Positions 24,556-47,398 of a stretch of DNA of 64,000 nucleotides are shown piece by piece (the first letter of the stretch is position 1; every line of letters begins with the position of its first letter). This DNA is from Ranitomeya imitator. Lineage: Eukaryota. The stretch covers positions 220,844,001 to 220,908,000 of the forward strand of contig NC_091288.1 of NCBI RefSeq assembly GCF_032444005.1, given 5' to 3'. Made by a program: the position numbers and the translations under genes. The notes beneath the pieces were generated by a model. That model had not been told where the DNA came from, made no database searches, and saw only the letters and a list, made by a program, of their open reading frames with translations.

Positions 24556-26435
24556 TGGCCAGTTATACCTCACCACCAGCCCCAACCTACTATTCTGTGT
24601 GCGGCTCCCCGATGGTCAATAACCGGATTGTGGGGGGCACGGATGCTACGGATGGAGAATGGCCGTGGCAGATCAGCCTGCGGTACTTTGGATTTGATAT
24701 CTGCGGGGGGTCCTTGATCTCCAACCAATGGGTCTTGAGTGCTGCCCATTGCTTCCAAAGGTGAGTACCAAGTTGTAATGTATATTATTTCCTGAAAACA
24801 CCAAGTGATGTCACTGAGAGACTCTATTCTTATGTTTCCTATTTCGAAGCTCCAAGAACCCAAACTATTATAGTGTTTATCTGGGAAAATACCGACAGTC
24901 GATCATAGACGACCATGAATATTACGCCTATGTACAGCAAATTATAACTCATCCTACATTTGTGGGGATAAAGGGTCCAGGAGACATCGCCCTGATTAAG
25001 CTGACTAGCCCCGTCACCTACACCAAATATATTCTGCCTGTCTGTTTACCATTGTCCTCGGTCACCTTCCCTACTGGACTGGAATGCTGGGTAACCGGCT
25101 GGGGAGACATCGGACCTGGTGGTAAGTCCTCCTTCATGATGCTTTGTTTTTCAGTTTTGTGATGTCCACGACATGTGACCATTGGAAATTCCACAACAAC
25201 GAGACAGTGTTAGTAGTTGACAGTCTCCCACTGATTGCTCTGATTTATGGAATTTCTCAGTTCCGTTGCTATCTGTGATAGGAGACTTACGGGCACTAAA
25301 TAGGTGGAAAGCTTCATGTCACCCAATGGCAAATGCAAAGAATAATCCGTGCTGGACAACATTTCCATCTCAGAGTCTAGGAATCATGGCCAAAATCTCT
25401 GTACAATATATCCAAAAATTGTTAAGGAGACCCCAGTATCTCTAGTCATGGTTGTCAAAGGAGTTCTCGACTGTGGCCAACACTACTTGTTAGAAAGGTT
25501 TCTTCATCTGAAGCAGTTAACAAATGTATTCTCCTGGTGGGACTGTGATCTAGTGGTAAGCTTGGCAGTAGGTATTACGTTTCCACGCAGTGCCACCACA
25601 GGAGGCTGTGAGCGTCTATTTGTATCAATGGGCTGTCTATGTAATGTAGGACAGGACAGGTCCTCCAGAGCTATAGACACTCTGCCCAAAAAATGAGGAT
25701 CTTCTAATAAAAATGGGTTTTGTAAATTAGATGACCCCCGGTAAGAATAATCATAAGACCTAAGGTTAATCGTTGCATAAATGCCACGTGAGGGATCAAA
25801 AATGTTTGGCTTTCCATATTTTTATGGTCGCTGATCATGCCTAGATTTGATGAGATGTCTTACAATGTCTTATATAACTCCACAGAGTTTCTACTGTATC
25901 CTGAGACTCTTCAAGAGGTGATGACGCCACTGATTGACTCCAAAACATGTGATGCCATGTACCACATAAACTCAGCTGTGAACACAAACACAAATATTAT
26001 CCTGGATGATATGATATGTGCCGGGTACAATTATGGGATGCAGGATTCGTGTCAGGTACATCAATTATTCATATACAGTTCTTCCATTCCATATTGTATT
26101 GTAGTCACTCATCGCATCATGTCCACCACTTAAATAGTCACCGATTCTGCTTTCCTTCCATCCAGGGAGATTCAGGAGGACCGCTGGTGTGTAAAGTACA
26201 AGGTGCATGGTATCAGGCCGGCATTGTCAGCTGGGGTGAAGACTGTGCTCTGCCGAACCGCCCCGGGGTCTACACACTCACCACAGCCTACCAGACCTGG
26301 ATACAAGCCTACATCCCAGAACTTAATTTTACTAACCTGGAATTTGTCGCAAATGGAAGTGACAAGCGTCTGGGTCCAGAACCGATGACTCTGATTCTTC
26401 TTTCATTCATCTTAATGTTTTTTAGTTTTATTTAA
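24556..26435 (+). CDS. Trypsin-like serine protease domain 2 with hydrophobic C-terminal (GPI-type) tail (exons 6-9 of the two-domain model)
   Basis: Exons 24556-24760, 24850-25121, 25886-26055, 26166-26435. CGSPMVNNR|IVGG, AAHC, DIAL, QDSCQ-GDSGGP; ends [27 protein letters not shown]. No own signal exon seen between 17995 and 24555 outside the retrotransposon. Confidence 0.9.
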
Positions 26436-27629
26436 GTAACGGCTCCAATGAATATTAAAAAGCACACTGGAAGTAAACTGAGAAACAGATGACCTCCCAA
26501 CATATCTCATCTTCTGATCTTCCGTCGTAGGTTACAATATGGGAGGACAGTCTGTCGGAATCACTCGGAATCTTAATTATATAGTTAATCGGGAATTGTT
26601 TCTCCAAACTCCCTGTGGGTGTGAACATGTCCACATGTGATGTCCACGTCTCATCCAGAGAAAAGTAAAAGAATAGCAAGCCAGAAGTTTATTTCATGAA
26701 TTATGGGAAATCCATTAATGCATGCAACTTCTCAAGTTATGGAAGCTACAGATGAGCAAACTGATGAGATGAAATGAACGTGACCTGGATTTTACCAAAA
26801 AGTGGTATTTCTGAATTTTTAGTGATTCACTTTGTTCAGTTTTTGAGGACCTTCTGAAGGTTTGAAAAATTACAAAATAGTATACTCACCTTGCCACTCA
26901 CAAGTCCTGCCACCACAGCTCCCAGCCCGGTCCTCCCTTGGCTCTGGTGTCTTCTAGCCTAGAATGACAGGTAATGTTCTTTTCTGTGTCTTTCTTCACT
27001 CTCCGCCGGCTATTCCTGAGCTGAGGAGGCCTCACACAATGCTCATCATGATATCTAGATGTCACAATGTGGATTCTCTAACTGTTTAAAGTAAAAGAAG
27101 ACCAGGCTGGAGTTGGAAAAACCTGGAAAAGAAAAGGAAGTCTCTATCTAATGTCAATGTTCTGTTCACACCAGTGGTGCATCCAATCGTGGGAGACAGA
27201 ACAGAAGTTCTCTTGCTACAATTCTGGCGCTAGGATTTTCCCGCTAAGCTGCAAGTCTCTCACTGATGTAGCCTATCAAACCTGTTGAGACTTCCACGCA
27301 CCAACCGGCCCCTCCCAAAATGAGACCCTAATCCCAGCCGACCAGTTACCGTAGAGACGTCACGGCCCTGCTCAAATATACTGTCCTTCCGCAGGCACAG
27401 GCACGTTCCACCTGCTGCAGTCTCCTCACAAATTTTCTCAGCTTTACCACTGGCGGAAGTCTCTTAGGATTGGGTCAGAGTGGACCAGGCCTCAGCTCCT
27501 GATGGGCGACGTCCGGTCTCCTGCTCTTTACTGGCGTGGGGTACGGATCCTGACACCGACTTGTGCAGGCAGAACTCAGAGTCCTGTGCAGAATCAGGGC
27601 CTTGTAAGATCATGGCTGACACCTTCCTG

Positions 27630-28748
27630 GCGTTACATCGATGATATTTTTGTAATATGGGAGGGGAGCCTGACAGCATTGGAAAATTTTCATAAGAGCC
27701 TGAGTGAAGTGTACCCAGAATTACAATTTACGCTCGCACATTCAACCGTCCAAATACAATTCTTAGACACTTTGGTATATAAAGATGGAGAAAGATTAAA
27801 AACAGACTTATTTATAAAAGAGACAGACAGAAATAGTCTATTATTATACGACAGCAATCACCCAAGGAAGATGATTGATTCACTTCCATGGAGTCAATTA
27901 CTGAGAGTATGAAGGATTGTATCTGATGAAAATGTAGTAAACAGACGGTTGGATGATATGTGCGCTAAATTTGTGACGAGAGGGTACCCAAGAAGAGAAG
28001 TGAATAATTTTAAGATGAAGGCCCTCAGTGTCTCACGGGAAAGTGTTAGAAAGAAAAACTCCACTAAACGTGTTTGTGAACGGGTCCCGTTTGTCTCCAC
28101 ATTCAGTTCAGTTAGTAACCGCATTGGTGGGATTATAAAAAAGCACTGGGCCCTCTTACAACGAGGTTTACCCCAGATCCCTAGTTTTAAATCATTTCCC
28201 ATGTTGTCCTATAGAAGGGGAAAGAATTTAGGTGACAGATAGTTAAATCTGATTTTGGCACATCCAAGGTGTCGTATCAGCAAACTCTTAGCGCACCAAG
28301 GCTTGGGAATTTCCCATGTCTTGGTTGCGCTTGTTGTCACAACATGCTTAAAGGAGACTCCTTCTGTCACCCATTGACGGGGATGAAATTCTATCTGAAA
28401 GAGAGATACACCTGTGCATCGAGCTATGTCATCTATATGATTACATGCCCTTGTGGATTGGTGTACATCGGTGAGACTACCACTGAAGTGAGGACCCGTA
28501 TTAGTAAACATAAAAGCACTATCAGAACTGGGCTTACAGAATTGCCGGTTCCTAAGCATTTTCTGGAGAATAAGCATTCGGTGAACCAATTAAGATTCAG
28601 AGTCATAGACAGTGTTGCAACCTTGAGAAGGGGAGGGGATAGGTTAAAAATACTAAAAACAAAAGAAATGAGATGGATCTATACCCTGAGTTCATTACAA
28701 CCCAGGGGTCTAAACATAGACTTTAATCCACATATATGTACCCCTTAA
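27630..28748 (+). pseudogene. Disrupted Penelope RT C-terminus plus GIY-YIG endonuclease
   Basis: YIDD, FLDT, KETDRNSLL; in-frame TGA at 27910-27912; a further stop/frame change near 28240-28270; then C..C..C, VIYMITCPCGLVYIGETT..RISKH, HF and E..WI..L..LQPRGLN. Confidence 0.85.
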
Positions 28749-30000
28749 TATTATGATATTCCCCTTTCTGAGGATCGTTGTCATCTTTGTTTTTTGTCTT
28801 TGTTTTTATCTTGTATAGACACGACTGTCATTTAAATGTGTTTTAATATGTTTTCTTTTTGTGTTACCAGATGGACAATGAATGAGACAGTCGGTGCACG
28901 AAGGATCGGGATATTTCAACGTTTGAACTGAGTGCTGGACTGGCACAGTAAAATATTGGATATATTAAATAACTTAGTTTGTTTCCCTGCCCCGGTGTAT
29001 TCCGACTGTCCCATTTGAATTGTCGTCTTGTTGTGTATATTGATATTTTATGGTATTTTATGCTTGTTCTATTGCTTCATGATTGTATTATCTCTTTTGG
29101 TATATAATGTCATTACCGCTATTGTCCTAGAATTTCACTATAATGGCATTCGTTGGGATCCGCTGCCATATGGTAGAGATGCCCTTTGAGAGGAGTTACG
29201 TTCCCATCATAGATTATGGTGGGTCGCTGCCTCTATATTGAATGTCTCCATACAAGGGTTAGATCTTGATCATGCTGTATAGCTGTGAGCCATCGGTTGT
29301 GTACGAATAAGAAATGCGAATGCATTAAGTGAATGAGATAGTTACTATGATAGAGCAGAGTGGAGTGCCGGCATCTCCCAGGCAACCAGCGTGAGCTGCG
29401 GTCACATGGGGCCGGTGGTGGGCGTTGCGGATGCGCGACGCGTCGGCGCTGGGTTCTTCCCCGATCAGGTGGAGGGACTCGGCGGTGACGTGAGACGCTG
29501 ATGCACGCGCACTGCGACCTATGTCGGAACCTGCGGGTCGGCTGGAAGGCCAGGATTGGGATGACCGATGATGACGTAAGTACATCCAGTTGGATGACCA
29601 TAGCGCATTGGTAGCCTAAGATATACGCTAGTGTATGAAAAGGCCGGATTGGCCATCTACTCAGTTCGGTGCCATTAACTCTGATTGGCCAGAACAACAC
29701 ATGAAGGTTGCCGTGAAGTTGGATCTATTGGTGAACGATTGCCATGGAGATGAAGATACATCATGGAAGCATGTGGACAGAATAAGATAAATATTGCACT
29801 TTTCTATATTTATGAATTGATTATGTCGGTGTATATGGCGGTGGTTCACCTATAAGAAATCTGTATATGTACACGTATCTGATGTCTATTTATGTTTTTA
29901 TATATATGTTTGATATTTTAAGGTGGGCTGACACTGGATGGTGATTGGCTCCCTGCGTGGAGTACACATTATTTAAGGCAGCCCATGGCACCATCTTGTA

Positions 30001-30038
30001 TGCTTGAAAAAGGCCGGATGTGCGGCCGAAACGTTGCA
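30001..30038 (+). ncRNA. Candidate minimal type I hammerhead ribozyme (U3-A8 variant) in the Penelope 3' repeat
   Basis: TGC-TTGAAAA-A-GGCCG(GATGTG)CGGCC-GAAA-CG-TT-GCA: 3-bp stem I, 5-bp stem II, palindromic ACGT stem III; AATAAA follows at 30055. Confidence 0.6.
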
Positions 30039-31764
30039 ATTTTATCATGGCTGGAATAAAGATTCTCTCTATTGGATGATAACACCCGGCTGGAGCGCTG
30101 TTCTTATCACTTTGAATATATGTTTTTCCAGGAGGGTTCCCTGGATTTGGAACGAGCGCCCCAAAAAGTGAGTGCTGTTGTTCACCTGTTTACTATATAT
30201 GGGCTGACACCTTCCTGTCGTAGACTTTCGGCTGAGGCCCGTTATGCCGGCCTCCGCTCTCATTTTTGCCTGCCTGCGGTTTGGCACGTGGGGCTTTTAT
30301 ATACAGGAAGTCCTTCCTGTGAGTCACCTGATCAGGTTCAGCACCCGAAGTCGCTCCTCCTGCAAATCTTCTAGCACCGTTTGGTTCCTCTTGATTTCGC
30401 TTGGCCCGCAGATGGCAGTCTCTCCTCATTAATGGTGCATCCTGCTCTCTCCTGAGATTTCACTGCTTCTTATCACACAGTCTCAGCATTTATGTAATGA
30501 GTTATATATTGCACGTATGTGTTTAGAATTCTGCACGTTTTTATGCATGTAATAGATGTATGATCTGTGTATGTGTATAAATGGGATGGACAGAGAAGAA
30601 CGGAGAAAGCAACACAGAGAGCAAAGCCTTAGACACTGTGGACCTGACGTCAGTGGACATGACCAACCACCGGCGTGTCCACCTCCTTACATACAATAAT
30701 GTACTCACTTTCTCCACGGTTCACTTTGAAGGAATTTCATGCCTTGGTTACAAAACCACGGGAACCCCTGATATGGTGAGACGGAAGTGTGAAAATGCCA
30801 CATCAGAACCAGTTTTACTGCATGTAGGTTGACGAGAAGGAGTAACACATGACTGCAGAATCAGACGGCACAGGGATGGCTTGGACTGTAATACTTATAC
30901 ATGAAGACCCATAACTCTACATAGGACCTGTATTCTCAGAACGGCAGGATTCATTATTGGTGTAGTCCTTGGAGCAAGTCCGAAATGAATCAAACTCCTT
31001 CTATGAATCAGAATAAAAGTTAAATTATGAGAAAACATTTTATCGTTGCTCCTTGCAGAGAGTAACATGTTACGCATGCCGAGATGAGGAGACTTAAAGC
31101 CGCAATGTTCTCTAGGAAATATGCAAAGAGACAAAAAGAAAATATTTAGAAATTCTCAGCGGTTTGCACTGGTGATTGTCCAAGTGTTGCATTTCCTCTG
31201 GTTCATCCTACCACATACTGCTAGGGATGGACGGAGTTTTTGAAATTAGAATTTGCTGACTTCACAGAATTTAAAAAAAAAATAACGTTGACTAAATTCT
31301 CTGTGAAAATTGCCTGGAATATACACGCGTATCGCTCGGAGGTCTCCTCGGACTGAATTGAACCCATATTGCAAATGCAGCCTTAGTAATGTCCAAGTGA
31401 CCTCAAGCTACTGGGCTGTGGGACAATGGATGGTAATGGGACCAGCACCTGTATGTGGGGGGTGTATGGGTCCAATATTGGTCTACTACAACAGAGAAGT
31501 GTGAAAATATATTTATTTCAGCATGACACTTTGTGATGTAGAAAGTTATGTTTACTTTTCAGGATAATGGATATTTTTATTTTGTCTTTAAAAAAAAATT
31601 GAAAAGATAAATTATAGTTTACCACTTTCAAAATACAGGAAGCGCACTGTTGTCTGTAAGACACAAGCCTTAATTTCAGGATTAATTAGGACCGTCCTCC
31701 TTGTTTGTAGTGGGTGAGGAGTAAAATACTGGTGTTACTGCAGTACATCACAGATCCGTCTGTT

Positions 31765-32790
31765 CAGTCACACTGACTCTCCAGGTCCTGCACCTTCTTC
31801 TTCACAGTCACACTGACTCCACAGCTCCTGCACCTCCACCTCAGTTATATTGACTCTGCAGCTCTTGAACCTCTCTATTCACAGTCACACTAACTCTGAA
31901 GTTCCGTATTCAGTCACACTGACTCCACAGCTCCTGCACCGCTCTATGCACAGTCACACTAACTCTGCAGCTCCTGAAGCTCTGTATTCAGTCACACTGG
32001 CTCTGCAGCGTCTGCACCTCCATATTTACAGTCATACTGACTCTGCAGCTCCTGAAGCTTCGTATTCAGTCACACTGACTCCACAGCTCCTGCACCGCTC
32101 TATTCACAGTCACACTCACTCTGCAGCTTATGAAGCTCCATATTCAGTCACACTGACTCCGCAGCGTCTGCACCTTATTATTCAGTCTTACTGCGTCTGC
32201 AGCTCCTGCACCTCCCGACTCACACTCACAGTCACACTGACTCTGAAACTCCTGCACCTCCCTATTCACAGTCTTTATGCCTCTGCAGCTCCTGCACCTA
32301 TTCACAGTCTTATTGCCTCTGCATATCCTGCACCTTCATATTCACAGTCACACTAAGTGACTCTTCAGATCCAGCACCCTCTATTCACAGTCTTACTGAC
32401 TCCGCAGCTCCTGCACCTCCCTACTCACAGTCACATTGACTCTGAAACTCCTCCACCTCCCTATTCACAGTCACACTGACATTGCAGTTGCTGCACCTCC
32501 ATATTCACAGTCTTACTGCCTCTGCAGCTCCTGCACCTCCCTATTCACAGTCACACTGACATTGCAGTTGCTGCATCTACCTATTCACAGTTATATGGAC
32601 TCTGCATATCCTGCACCTTCATATTCACAGTCACTCAGACTTTACAGTTCCTGCACTTACCTATTTGCAGTACACTGACTGTGCAGCTACTGAATCTCCA
32701 TTTTCACAGTTACACCGACTCTGCAGGTCCAGAATCTCTCTATTCACAGTCATCCTGATGCTGCAGCTCCTGTGCCTTCCTTTTCACAGT
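31765..32790. repeat. Degenerate ~40-bp minisatellite
   Basis: Consensus about CTATTCACAGTCACACTGACTCTGCAGCTCCTGCACCTCC; units visibly diverged. Confidence 0.85.
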
Positions 32791-33152
32791 CCCAGTAGAC
32801 ACATCTCAACAACAATGAGATAGCTATTAATGTTATAAGCACCTATACAGCCATGTAACAACCTCCACATGAACAAAACAGCTGACAGGTTCCCTTTTAA
32901 CTCCCTTAAAAACGCTTCTATCCAAAATGAAATCCAGCCATCACTAAGGACAAGTCACAGGTGGGAAAATCAGGGGAGGGGATCGGTCATGTGTGGAAAT
33001 ATGGACATTGCTTCATGTTCACTCACATTTATTGCATCCAAAGGAGTCAATTTACCTGCAGAAAAAAGGAGTAAAAACTCGTAAAAGGAGGCCGATATAA
33101 AAGAACATTTCTAAGTGGACAAAAGTGCAACAACGTTCCCACCTCATCCTCA

Positions 33153-33158
33153 TATAAA
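33153..33158 (+). promoter_or_regulatory. TATA box candidate for the 33182 gene
   Basis: TATAAA 29 nt before the ATG, within a segment homologous to the region upstream of 55472 (CATATA at 55421). Spacing leaves almost no 5' UTR, hence low confidence. Confidence 0.4.
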
Positions 33159-33181
33159 TGAGGTCACTAAGAACAGAAGAA

Positions 33182-43244
<10,063 letters not shown>

Positions 43245-43355
43245 ATTATAATGTACCGGACCAGTGAGGGGTCTCTGGGCTGTAGACCCTCCATCCTGTG
43301 CTGCAGCCACTGATTTTTACTTTTTGGTTTTGATAATGTTTTCTGAAATGGAAAT

Positions 43356-43361
43356 AATAAA
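43356..43361 (+). terminator. Polyadenylation signal candidate
   Basis: AATAAA ~110 nt after the stop at 43244, followed by a GT/T-rich stretch. Confidence 0.5.
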
Positions 43362-43601
43362 ATGTGCATTTTTCTTTGTCACAAACATATATAATCTAAT
43401 ATGTGGTCCCGTCCAAGCTATTCTCCGATGGTGGGGAGCGTCATAAACTTTTTTATAAGGACAAACAAAAAAGAGAAGATAAGAAAGCTGATAAGTTTGT
43501 AATAAAAAAAAGAAATCCTCTTTCTTTTACTGTATCTTCCATTAATAAAATGTTTAAATATTGGTAAGTTCAACTCAGTAGACACAAGAGAAAGAAAATG
43601 T

Positions 43602-45803
43602 GGCACCAAACCCACTGAGACATAGACAAGAGAGGGGGCACCAAGCGTACTGAGACATGGACAAGAGAGAGGACACCAAACCTACTGAGACATGGACAAG
43701 AGAGAGGTCACCAAGCCTACTGAGACATGGACAAGAGAGAGGTCACCAAGCCTACTGAGACATGGACAAGAGAAAGGTCACCAAGCGTACTGAGACATGG
43801 ACAAGAGAGAGGACACCAAGCGTACTGAGACATGGACAAGAGAGAGGGGGCACCAAGCCTACTGAGACATGGACAAGAGAGAGGTCACCAAGCCTACTGA
43901 GACATAGACAAGAGAGAGGTCACCAAGCCTACTGAGACATGGACAAGAGAGAGGTCACCAGGCCTACTGAGACATGGACAAGAGAAAGGGCACCAAGCGT
44001 ACTGAGACATGGACAAGAGAGAGGACACCAAGCGTACTGAGACATCGACAAGAGAGAGGTCACCAAGCCTACTGAGACATGGACAAGAGAGAGGGGGCAC
44101 CAAGCCTACTGAGACATGGACAAGAGAGAGGTCACCAAACCTACTGAGACATAGACAAGAGAGAGGACACCAAGCGTACTGAGACATGGACAAGAGAGAG
44201 GTCACCAAGCCTACTGAGACATGGACAAGAGAAAGGTCACCAAGCGTACTGAGACATGGACAAGAGAGAGGACACCAAGCATACTGAGACATGGACAAGA
44301 GAGAGGACACCAAGCCTACTGAGACATGGACAAGAGAGAGGGGGCACCAAGCCTACTGAGACATGGACAAGAGAGAGGTCACCAAGCCTACTGAGACATA
44401 GACAAGAGAGAGGTCACCAAGCCTACTGAGATATGGACAAGAGAGAGGTCACCAGGCCTACTGAGACATGGACAAGAGAAAGGGCACCAAGCGTACTGAG
44501 ACATGGACAAGAGAGAGGACACCAAGCGTACTGAGACATCGACAAGAGAGAGGACACCAAGCCTACTGAGACATGGACAAGAGAGAGGGGGCACCAAGCC
44601 TACTGAGACATGGACAAGAGAGAGGTCACCAAACCTACTGAGACATAGACAAGAGAGAGGACACCAAGCGTACTGAGACATGGACAAGAGAGAGGACACC
44701 AAGCCTACTGAGACATGGACAAGAGAGAGGGGGCACCAAGCCTACTGAGACATGGACAAGAGAGAGGACACCAAGCCTACTGAGACATGGACAAGAGAGA
44801 GGGGGCACCAAGCCTACTGAGACATGGACAAGAGAGAGGTCACCAAGCCTACTGAGACATAGACAAGAGAGAGGGCACCAAGCGTACCGAGACATGGACA
44901 AGAGAGAGGGGGCACCAAGCCTACTGAGACATGGACAAGAGAGAGGTCACCAAGCCTACTGAGACATGGACAAGAGAGAGGGGGCACCAAGCCTACTGAG
45001 ACATGGACAAGAGAGAGGTCACCAAGCCTACTGAGACATGGACAAGAGAAAGGGCACCAAGCCTACTGAGACATGGACAAGAGAGAGGACACCACGCCTA
45101 CTGAGACATGGACAAGAGAGGGGGCACCAAGCCTACTGAGACATGGACAAGAGAGGGGGCACCAAGCCTACTGAAACATGGACAAGAGAGAGGGGGCACC
45201 AAGCCTACTGAGACATAGACAAGAGAGAGGGCACCAAGCCTACTGAGACATGGACAAGAGAGAGGGGGCACCAAGCCTACTGAGACATGGACAAGAGAGA
45301 GGTCACCAAGCCTACTGAGACATGGACAAGAGAGGGGACACCAAGCCTACTGAGACATGGACAAGAGAGAGGACACCAAGCCTACTGAGACATGGACAAG
45401 AGAGGGGGCACCAAGCCTACTGAGACATGGACAAGAGAGGGGGCACCAAGCCTACTGAGACATGGACAAGAGAGAGGACACCAAGCCCACTGAGACATGG
45501 ACAAGAGAGGGGGCACCAAGCCTACTGAGACATGGACAAGAGAGGGGGCACCAAGCCCCCTGAGACATAGACAAGAGAAAGGGCACCAAGCCCCCTGAAA
45601 CATCGACAAGAGAGGGGGCACCAAGCCCCCTCAGACATAGACAAGAGAGGGGGAACCAAGCCTACTGAGACATGGACAAGAGAGGGGGCACCAAGCCCCC
45701 TGAGACATAGACAAGAGAAAGGGCACCAAGCCCCCTGAGACATAGACAAGAGAGGGGGCACCAAGCCCCCTGAGACATAGACAAGAGAGGGGGCATCAAG
45801 CCC
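43602..45803. repeat. 34-37-bp minisatellite
   Basis: Unit CACCAAGC(C/G)TACTGAGACATGGACAAGAGAGAGG(T/A/GGG); 35- and 37-bp units on the left, mostly 34-bp units on the right. Confidence 0.97.
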
Positions 45804-47084
45804 ACATAACATATGGAAGAGAAGGGGAACTAAGTCCACAACAGTAGAGTACACAAAGTACACAATGACACAGAAAACAAAGTTGGACAAAGCCCATCAT
45901 GACTAAATAAAAAGAGGGGAACACCGACCACAGATTATCCTGTATAACACATGTAGTCGGTTCCCAGATCACCAACGGGCCTTGATATAGTGGTGCAATC
46001 ACAGCTATTAGAACACATTGGAGTCTGATATAAAATGTTCACAATAAATGGGGACAGTGACCTTCTGCATCCAGGTCCCGGAGGGGAGTAGCACATCACA
46101 TTTGTGACTTTTAGTGCATGTGCCGGGAAAGATTCCAACATGCCTTAACACTAAACATGTCCATAGGCTTATATTACCAGTTTTTGCTCCCAGAGCCATA
46201 ACATTTTTATTTTTCTGGACCTCTAGCTATATGGGACGTGTTTATTTTTCCTGGACGAGATGTAGTTGTACTGAAAAATGGAGAAAAATTCCAAGTGTGA
46301 TAAAATGATGAAAAAAATGTTATTCTTGCATTGTTTTTTGTTAGTTTTTAAGGCATTGATTATGCGATAGAAATGTCCAGGCCATAAGATTATGCTGGTC
46401 AATACCATTACGACGACACCAAATGCAGACTTTTTAAAAATATTTTAGAGGTTAAAAAAAATCAGAACTTTGACCCCCCAATTTTTTCAGATTCTGAGGC
46501 CCATAACTTGTCATTTTTCCATCAGTGGCGCTACGTGAGGGTTAGTTTATTGCACGCTGAGCTTTCAGTGCATCTGGTGCCCATTACATACAAGGGTTTG
46601 ATCGCTTTTTGTTGCTTTTTGTTGTGAGGAGTGCAGTGACCAAGAAAATGTCATTCTTGCATTTTGTCTCTGTTTTGGCATTTAAGGTATATTAAAAATT
46701 ATTTAATGTCTTGATGGATCAAACTTCTACAGGCCAAATGATTCTAGGTTTATTTTATTTTATTTTTTTATTATGTCTCTTTGTAAAATGGCAAAAATTA
46801 GGCTATGTAATGTTTATTTCTTTTTTGTTTTCTTCATAGTTTTTTTTAATTATCTTTCTATTTTTAAAACTTTACTTTCTCCTTTATTTGTTTAGTGTTT
46901 TAGGAGGCTTGAACCTGTGATTGTTTCATCTTTCGTACTATATTCTGCAATCTGCAATGTTGCAGGTTACAGTGAAGTTGCCGTGAGCTTCACAGGAGGA
47001 CCAAGATGGCAGCAACAGTGGTTTTTAGGATCCACCGACTCCCTTGACAACTCATCGAAGACGCCAATGGGAGCCGATACGCAT

Positions 47085-47395
47085 ATCGTCATTTGACGGA
47101 TCCGGCACCATAGGCTTCCATGCTAGCAAAGGATGGACGGCGACGGATCTGTCGATGTCCGTTTTTTGACGGACACAAAAAAGTTACCACGTTCGTTGTC
47201 TCCGGCCGCCAGATAAACAATTTTCGACGGATCCGTAAAAAAATTGATAAAACATGAGGCCATCCGTCGCAATCCGGCGATAATACAAGTGTATGAGAAA
47301 AGAATGGATCTGGCGGCAACTTTTGACAGACCCGTTTTTTTTCAAAATTTGCCGGAATGTGACTGACGGCAAAAAACTCATGTGTGAAAGCGGCC
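47085..47395. mobile_element. Harbinger-type MITE, right part only
   Basis: Ends ATGTGTGAAAGCGGCC followed by TAA; repeated GACGGATCC-type motifs; left TIR not found. Confidence 0.5.
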
Positions 47396-47398
47396 TAA

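Larger units (their letters stand above)
27630..30201 (+). mobile_element. Penelope-like element (GIY-YIG type), 5'-truncated
   Basis: Starts in the RT at (W)RYIDDIFVIW, followed by thumb, GIY-YIG endonuclease and a ~1.45-kb 3' region; flanked by a 16-bp direct repeat GGCTGACACCTTCCTG (27614-27629, 30202-30217). Confidence 0.88.

Noticed and set aside
24162-32900. TTAA-AGGGAACCTGTCA at 24162 and TGACAGGTTCCCT-TTTAA at 32883 as ends of one macro-transposon carrying domain 2 exons
   Set aside because: Similar T2-type ends also occur at 16147 and 52645, so they are common; internal sequences do not link the two ends, and chance pairing is more likely.
43894-45890. Leu/Ser/Cys-rich periodic ORFs
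   Set aside because: Translations of the 34-37-bp minisatellite.
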